A stretch of 62,000 nucleotides of DNA, from assembly GCF_000400465.1 (NCBI RefSeq), contig NW_008806280.1, positions 300,001 to 362,000 on the forward strand, in the 5' to 3' direction. The position numbers and the translations under genes were made by a program. Positions within the stretch are counted from its first letter, which is position 1. Every line of letters starts with the position of its first letter. The notes beneath the pieces were generated by a model. That model saw only the letters and a program-made list of their open reading frames with translations. It was not told where the DNA came from and ran no database searches. Positions 59,856 to 62,000 of the stretch are shown here, one piece after another. The DNA is from Wallemia ichthyophaga EXF-994. Taxonomy: Eukaryota > Fungi > Basidiomycota.

Positions 59856-60472
59856 TTATTCTTGCTGCTCCTGTAAAACGAATACAGCGTCAGTGTCCTC
59901 GTAAAGTCCAATGGCATTGCCATCGCCCTCGTTTTGAGACTGAGGGGTGAGTGGCCCTTCACCAAAGTCTGCGTCATCAGGTCTACCGAGGAATTCGACT
60001 TCCATGCTTTCTGTGTTGAGCTTCCAGAACTGAAGCATCTGGCTGGAGTTGTCTGCGGTCATGCTCTCCATCAAATAGACGTTCTGTCCCAGAGAGACGC
60101 CAGGTGATTGGACGGTCATGGACTCTTGAGTCTCACTGTTAACAAGGTGACCTAGAAGATGTCAGAGATTATCAAATTTACGAACACATACCACCCACCG
60201 AACTTTTCATTGTCGTCGTTATCGTTGTCGTATTCCATATATTGAGAGTTCACGGGTAGGAAGTTGACTGTGATAGGATCTTGCCCAGTGGTGAGAACGC
60301 CGTTGTTGAGGCCAATTGGGATTGAAGTGTCGTCACTGGTGACCAAATTCATCGTCATGTTTGATGCGACGGCATCTTGGATTTCAATTGAGCCGACTTC
60401 TTGCTGCCTCTTGACGGCAGCGGCAGCGGCGATGGCTGTAACAGAGGCAATCGAGGAAAGTGAGAAGTACAT
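59856..60472 (-). CDS. Secreted acidic protein, paralog 3 of 3
   Basis: Signal peptide, VKR site, same intron position, QFW and TPQSQNEGD motifs. Confidence 0.85.
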
Positions 60473-60764
60473 TGTGTAGTTGATGGTTGTTTACAAACAA
60501 GATAATAGGCTCAATTTATAGGGCCAGCTTGGCATAATCACCCAGGTCAAACTCCCTTGGAAGTAGTCCGCTTACGATCATTCATTTCATGTTTATCTTC
60601 CCGTATAGTAAGCTAATTTATAAATATTAGCCACAGCCACAATCCCACGCCGCTCATAAGATCTGCCAAGAGTGTTTCAAGATCCCAAATAAATGAAAAA
60701 GAAGTGAGGCAATGCAAAATTCAGAATTTAATAAATGCTACACAATGAACTCCAACGACGTTAT

Positions 60765-61586
60765 TCAATCAGACTTTTTCAGCCACTGTGCAAAAGTCAA
60801 CAAACCCGGAAATTCTTCGCGCAGAGCAGGAATATTAGCTTTGTAACCATCCGATCTGAACCAGTAGAACATTTTAGAAAAGTCATTTGACAGCAGAGAT
60901 GGCGTGAAGCTAGGTAAATAAGCCTTCCAAGCTGGAGCGCCGTGTGCTGTATTATAAGCGTTCTGTATATCCGAGATAGACAACTCCTCTCCCGCCAGAG
61001 GAATAGATCTACCATTGTAGCGCTCCGGATGTTTGAGAGCGGTAGCTGCTACCCTACCTATATCGTCTACAGCGACAAGTTGAATTTTCTTGTCCAGAAT
61101 AGCCGCACTGAAAAGACCAATGGTGAGGAATGATTGCAGACCAGACTTCTTTGGGAAGTTGTCCATAAATGCTACTGGCTTGACTATTGTGTGGGGCAAA
61201 TTTGAATCTCTTATCATCTGCTCCACTTCGGCTTTGCTTTCGAAGTGTGGAACGTTGCTGCCTTTTGCGCTATCGACGCTCGTATAAACGACACGAATAT
61301 TGCGCTTCTTGGCCGCATCGATGAAGGCCTTCCCTTGGATGACTTCGTCGCTAGGTCCATTAGGGGCCATTGTAGTGACGAGGAAAGCAGCTTTGCAGCC
61401 TTCCATGGCATTGTATATTGTAAGACTATCCGTCAGGTCACCTTTGGCTATGTCGACACCCTCACCTTCCAGCTTCTTGGCTGCTTCTGAGGCTGGGTTC
61501 CTCACGAGAGCTCTCGTCTTCTCTCCTTTCAAGTGCTGGATAGTTGCATTTCCTTGCTGTCCAGTTGCGCCAGTGATTAAGTACAT
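60765..61586 (-). CDS. NmrA-like NAD(P)-binding atypical SDR
   Basis: LITGATGQQG, ALVRNP, VYTSV, VPHFESKAEVE, KPVAFMDN. Confidence 0.92.
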   Translation of the reverse strand: MYLITGATGQQGNATIQHLKGEKTRALVRNPASEAAKKLEGEGVDIAKGDLTDSLTIYNAMEGCKAAFLVTTMAPNGPSDEVIQGKAFIDAAKKRNIRVVYTSVDSAKGSNVPHFESKAEVEQMIRDSNLPHTIVKPVAFMDNFPKKSGLQSFLTIGLFSAAILDKKIQLVAVDDIGRVAATALKHPERYNGRSIPLAGEELSISDIQNAYNTAHGAPAWKAYLPSFTPSLLSNDFSKMFYWFRSDGYKANIPALREEFPGLLTFAQWLKKSD

Positions 61587-62000
61587 TCTTGTATTTACTG
61601 ATAGTGTGAACTGGAAAGTGATGTGCGGGGGTGGTTACCGAACTCGGAATTCGATATTCGGCGCAAACAGCGCATCCATAGCGCTAAGTTATTCTGACTT
61701 GCACACACACAAACACCAACCCATAACAAGTACTGACTGGGAGATGTTTGCGTAAACTCTCACGGTGAATTGATCAAATTGGTCAATCATTCTGACTATT
61801 CAGGTCAAAATTCAGGTCATAAAATGAATACAAGAAAAGAATAGGCAGAATCAGCAAACTAAAACTTAGCTTGAGCAAGTCATTGATGGGATAGTCTTGT
61901 TGATTTGCCTAAATGATGCAACTATTACGATCTACTCGTTAGTGTAGACATCGCGATCACCCTCCCAAGATTGATCGAAGCCAGGTTTTTCATAACTCCA

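Overview
Eukaryotic, intron-containing and extremely gene-dense fungal DNA. A single-chain FAS, roughly 43-60 nt GT-AG introns and basidiomycete-type genes point to Wallemia, possibly W. ichthyophaga (inference, not verified). I reconstruct about 38 protein genes by hand-splicing, including FAS (partial), RPC40, MRH4, mannitol dehydrogenase, RBX1, a p24, Kish, ValRS, QCR10, a group III hybrid histidine kinase, a Vsb1-like SulP, Atg17-like, SGF11, GST, POL32, PRS, DCP2, MRPL11, CSN3, GCV1, ATG12, a CSL factor, DBP6, SIS1 and an NmrA-like protein. There is also one intron-containing tRNA-Arg(CCG) and one intronic box C/D snoRNA. No transposon or CRISPR array was seen. The most notable features are: (1) an RNase III gene whose hidden 5' exons encode a catalytically dead second RNase III domain (dead RIII - coiled coil - active RIII - dsRBD); (2) a snoRNA in a long intron, predicted to guide LSU methylation near the peptidyl-transferase centre; (3) repeated head-to-head gene pairs 16-55 nt apart, one pair with start codons on the same CATG; (4) a tRNA with paired A18/G55 changes; (5) three acidic, Cys-free, Kex2-site secreted paralogs with a ricin-B-like motif; (6) unusual splicing (split ATG, 2-nt and 8-nt micro-exons). 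All exon boundaries and family calls come from manual reading and recall, not from searches.
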